Origin: Candidatus Versatilivorator sp.
Lineage (GTDB): Bacteria; Acidobacteriota; Terriglobia; Versatilivoradales; Versatilivoraceae
NCBI GenBank assembly: GCA_965207735.1
Contig: OZ242296.1
Location: 2,080,001-2,144,000 of the forward strand
Direction of reading: 5' to 3'
Length of the DNA: 64,000 nucleotides
Each line of letters starts with the position of its first letter. The first letter of the stretch is position 1. Shown one piece after another: positions 60,493-64,000 of the stretch. A model generated the notes under the pieces. The model saw only the letters and a program-made list of their open reading frames with translations. It was not told the origin of the DNA and did not search any database. The position numbers were made by a program, and so were the translations under genes.

Positions 60493-61014
60493 GCCTCGGG
60501 GTCGTGGTCGATCTTGTGGTAACGGGTGGGGCCTTGGGTGGGGGCGTGTTCGAGTCGGTTGAGGGTGCTCTTGCCTGCCAGGGGAGGCGAGTCGCCACGT
60601 CGGCCTTTCTCTGAGACCAAGGCTATGAGGGGATCGTGATAGAGCTGGTCGTGGTCGTTGAGGTCTTCGTAGCCCAGGGCGATGCCACGGATGCGCTGGG
60701 CGATGAGGGTGCGCAAGTTGAATTGGATCCGCTTGGGGTCGCGGTGATCGGTGAAACAGGCCGCTACCTGGTCAGAAACAGACAGGTGCCGATCGACCCG
60801 GCGCAACAGCAGGGCGCTGGCATCGGAAGTGATGGGACCGCCGTCGAAATCAGCCACCACACGGCGGCGACCGTGGGGTTCAAACTCCAGGGGTTTGGTG
60901 ATACACTGTGTCGGCATCGGTTCTCCTTTAAGAATCTGGTTAACTCCTTCGACAAGAGTATTTTACCAGATTCCGAGAACCGATGCCTCCTACCTCTGGT
61001 GAAAAATGCGGGTT
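60493..61014 (-). mobile_element. IS1380-family element, left end and truncated transposase
   Basis: VADFDGGPITSDA.ALLL, QRI.GIALGYEDLNDHD.L.HDP and LAGKSTLNRLE; ORF starts at 60917 with AAGGAG RBS; probable terminal IR cccgcatttttcacc at ~61014; breaks at the giant gene's stop. Confidence 0.9.
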
Positions 61015-61427
61015 AGCCGTTTCACTTCACAGTTCACGGTTAACCCGCCCCCCGGGGTCGCTCCCTCTACAGTGATCCCTGGCGGGAAGGCCAGTGTCAC
61101 ACCACACTGACTCGGAGGACACAGCGTCTCCTCCAGGCGTCCGACTGGTGGCGTTGACTAGACGGAAAGCCGGCGGCGGGTCCGGACATTTGTCTGATTT
61201 GGGATATGAGGAGCACGAAAAAGCCTTCATATTTTCCCTGTGCTGCGAGTGTAAAGGGGTTCGGGCACCATGGGGCCTCAGAAATCAAGAAACGGCAGTG
61301 CGACCGGCATAGCGCTTCATGCCGGGGGGAAGAGGATAGATCAGGACCTGATCGCCTTGGTAGCTATGGGTTCCGCCCTGATCGGGGTCATCCTGACCAG
61401 CAACCGGGGCCGCGCGAAGACATGACT

Positions 61428-62679
61428 TAGTACACGTGAACATAAATAATAATACGTATTATAGAGGGTCTTTCGAGGGGTAATTGAGGTATATTGGACA
61501 GCCGGGAGGAGTTCAGAATGCCCCGAAAAAGCCCCTATTCAATCCGATTGACCCAGTCCGAGGCCAGAGAGCTTCAAAAGAGAGCCAACAAGTATACGTT
61601 GCCGTATTTTCAGGTTCGACGAGCTCAGATGATCTTGCTCGCTGCCCAAGGACTCTCCAATCACCAGATCGCTCAGCACCTGCGTGTCGGCCGGGATGTC
61701 GTCAGTAAATGGCGTAAGCGCTTCTTTCAACAGCGCTTGGCCGCTCTGGAGGACCTCAATCGCTCGGGTCGCCCCCGAGCTTTTCCCCCCAGAGATCGTC
61801 ATTCAGGTTAAGGCCCTGGCCTGCGAGTTGCCTGCCTGGCAGGGCGTTCCCCTCTCGCGCTGGAACCACCACGATCTAGCCCGACAGGTCTGTCAATCGG
61901 GCCTGGTGGCTTCCATCAGCGGAACCACCATCTGGCGCTGGCTCCATGAGGACGCCATCCGTCCCTGGCAGCATCGTTGCTGGTTGTTTCCCCGCGATCC
62001 GGACTTTTTCGCCAAGGCCAGCCGTCTGCTCCATCTCTACCAAGGCGTTTGGGAAGGCCAGCCCCTGCGCTCGGATGAGTTCGTCCTGTGCGCCGATGAG
62101 AAAACCTCCATCCAGGCCCGCCAGCGTCGCCACCCCTCTCTGCCTCCCCGGGCCCACTCGCCTCTCAAGATCGAGCATGAGTACCGTCGCCTCGGTTCCT
62201 GGGCCTATCTGGCCGCCCGGGATGTCCACCAAGCCAAGATCTACGGCCGTTGCCAATCCCGCAGCACCATTGTCACCTTCGACCGCTTGGTCCAACACGT
62301 CATGAACCAAACTCCTTACCGTAACGCCCATCGGGTCTTTTGGATTGTCGACAACGGCACCTGACACCGCGGTCCGGCTTCGATTCAACGCTTACAGGGG
62401 CGTTATCCTAACTTACGCCTGATTCACGGTCCCATCCACGCCAGTTGGCTCAATCAAGTCGAAATCTATTTCTCCATCGTCCAGTGCAAGGTTCTTACTC
62501 CCAATGACTTTCCCTCCCTGTCGGCTCTCTCCCGGCGCCTGCGACAGTTCGAACAGCATTACCAACGCTTGGCTCAGCCCTTCCGATGGAAGTTCACCAG
62601 AGATCACCTTCGTGACCTCCTTGCGCGTCTCGATCTGGCCGCCTAAAATACGTTGCCATACTTATGAATCGGTGTACTA
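61428..62679 (+). mobile_element. IS630-family insertion sequence, inactivated by a nonsense codon
   Basis: Imperfect terminal IRs (tagtacac..cataa.ta...acgtatt) and TA duplication at 61428-29 / 62678-79. HTH ORF from 61518, -1 slippery site TTTTCCCCCC (~61781), DDE ORF (ADEKTSIQAR, HEY.R, IVDNG) with TGA at 62362-64; the frame continues (HASWLNQVEIYFS) to 62646. Confidence 0.93.
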
Positions 62680-64000
62680 AGTGGGACTGTCTGAAAATAT
62701 GAGTCACGGGCAGTCCCCTCCCGATACCTTTCCCCACTCAGGTTGTACTCCCCATTTGCCTCGATCTTCTCCTTCTCGGCCAGCAGCCCTAACGCAGGAT
62801 GGAAGTCGTCCAGTGATCCCACCGCCCGCAAGAGGCGCATGTACTCAGCGACTTCAGCGCGGGCCTGGGGCAAGTCATTTTTTTCTTTTGGAAGCCGCTG
62901 GGCACCGAGGCTGAAGCTGTCGTTATCGATCTTGAAAAAGGCGATTCTGTTGGCCCTTTTCGCCAGTGACTTATCGAGGATCAGGATGGAAGTCTTGACG
63001 CCGGAGTAGGGCTGAAACACCCCAGTTGGAAGGGAAACGACAGCGACCAGGCACTCCTCTACCAGCATCTTGCGCAACTGCTTGCAGGAATTGGGATGGG
63101 TCAGGAGAATGGTCACCCTCTTGGCCGGTTTTTCGACGTCCAGAACAACCAAGGTCAAGAGCTCCGCCTGGGTGACACTGTAAAGGTGCAATGGGGTGGT
63201 ACGGCCCGTGTCCTCCAAAACATCGTAAATCGCATCACTGCGGGCGCACGCATCCGCTTCCACAGTGATTCGATCTCCCCTTCTGACTCGTGAGGACAAC
63301 CGCAATTTTCTGACTGCCACGTCCTCTATCCCGCTGTCAGCGTCGTAAAGGAACTCAAAGTCCCTCCGGCGCAATGGATCGAGGTCGTAAACCCTATTGT
63401 CCCCAGGATCAGGCGGCAGACAATCCAGTTTCACAATCGGCGTCGCGAACATGCCCTGCAGGGGTTCGACGGCCCGATATGGACCGCGAAAGTTCAAGTC
63501 GAGCGAGCCTTCCAGTTGAGAATAGACATAGACAACCTCAAAAGCGGGATTGTGCGGCCGACGGCCAAAACCACCATCCACCCATTCGGTCTGCTGCTGA
63601 GAATAGTCTTCGGGATAAGCGAAGAAGTAGTCCAGATCGCGACGCCGGAATGTTTCCACGATGCAGTGGTTGCCCCGCGCCTCTTTGCGATGAAACCAGG
63701 AACGAATGAGATCCGCCAGTTGATCAAGACTGGCTGGGTCCGCCGCAGCCACGCGATGTCCCAAATGCTTGCGCTTGCGCCAGTAGGGGAGCGAGTCGGA
63801 GTGATAGAACTGCGCGGCCCTCCTCCAGCATTCCGGGTGATCCAGCCAGGTGATCATTGCCCGGTGATAGTGCCCCGGCTGCGACGAGAACATCTCGACG
63901 AATGATTCCAATTGATCGGGATCTTCCCGCCAATGCCAGTTCGCCTCGTCAAGAATTGCGCGGATTCCCTTCTCGCAACTCATCTCGAAGATCTCCCGAA
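62680..64000 (-). pseudogene. In-frame chimera: mobile-element hypothetical protein fused to the C-terminal part of a type I R-M N6-methyltransferase (HsdM-like); cut by IS630
   Basis: Up to ..LTHPNSC (63084) an unrelated conserved-looking protein (YFFAYPEDY, NPAFEVVYVY). Then KQLRKMLVEECLVAVVSLPTGVFQPYSGVKTSILILDK..NDSFSLGAQR..NDLP..YNLSGERY, typical of the HsdM C-terminus. No NPPF or SAM-binding motif. Confidence 0.75.

Noticed and set aside
61180-61290. Possible degraded topoisomerase-type zinc-ribbon (WCPNP...GKY.GFF/CSSYPK) on the - strand
   Set aside because: Short, frameshifted and too weak to call.
62362-62364. In-frame TGA in the IS630 transposase as selenocysteine or readthrough
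   Set aside because: The position corresponds to a Ser/Trp-type codon after DNG and no SECIS is evident; a simple nonsense mutation is more parsimonious.

Overview
GC-rich bacterial window. It most likely comes from an Acidobacteriota member that is a marine-sponge symbiont; this is inferred from a swf-type PKS operon and many secreted eukaryote-like repeat proteins, not from a database search. 1-9.4 kb is core-like: uvrA (partial), a GT2 glycosyltransferase, a class I cytochrome c, polA, an HD protein, radC, an M23 peptidase and a U32-like protein, with intergenic REP/MITE-like repeats. The rest is an accessory mosaic with four main parts. (i) Three very large secreted proteins: a tri-modular LRR protein, an M12B-protease/NHL protein split by an 8-bp duplication, and a ~3340-aa M12B/NHL/SwmB/cadherin/FN3 protein. 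All three end in the same ~480-aa internally duplicated C-terminal domain that I cannot name. This is my best candidate for an undescribed secretion or surface-sorting system. (ii) A swf-like operon: mono-modular reducing PKS, two B12-dependent radical SAM enzymes and a thioester-reductase/sulfotransferase fusion, predicted to make a methyl-branched alkyl sulfate. (iii) A metal-related module: a CxxC/RAPP leader-like peptide, a flavoprotein with a Cys-rich tail, and a short FeoB-like GTPase. (iv) Many truncated or chimeric gene relics (MbnH, OmpA, Fic, spondin mosaic, HsdM fusion), an iteron-like origin relic, an IS1380 fragment and an inactivated IS630. All calls are from motif recognition by eye.
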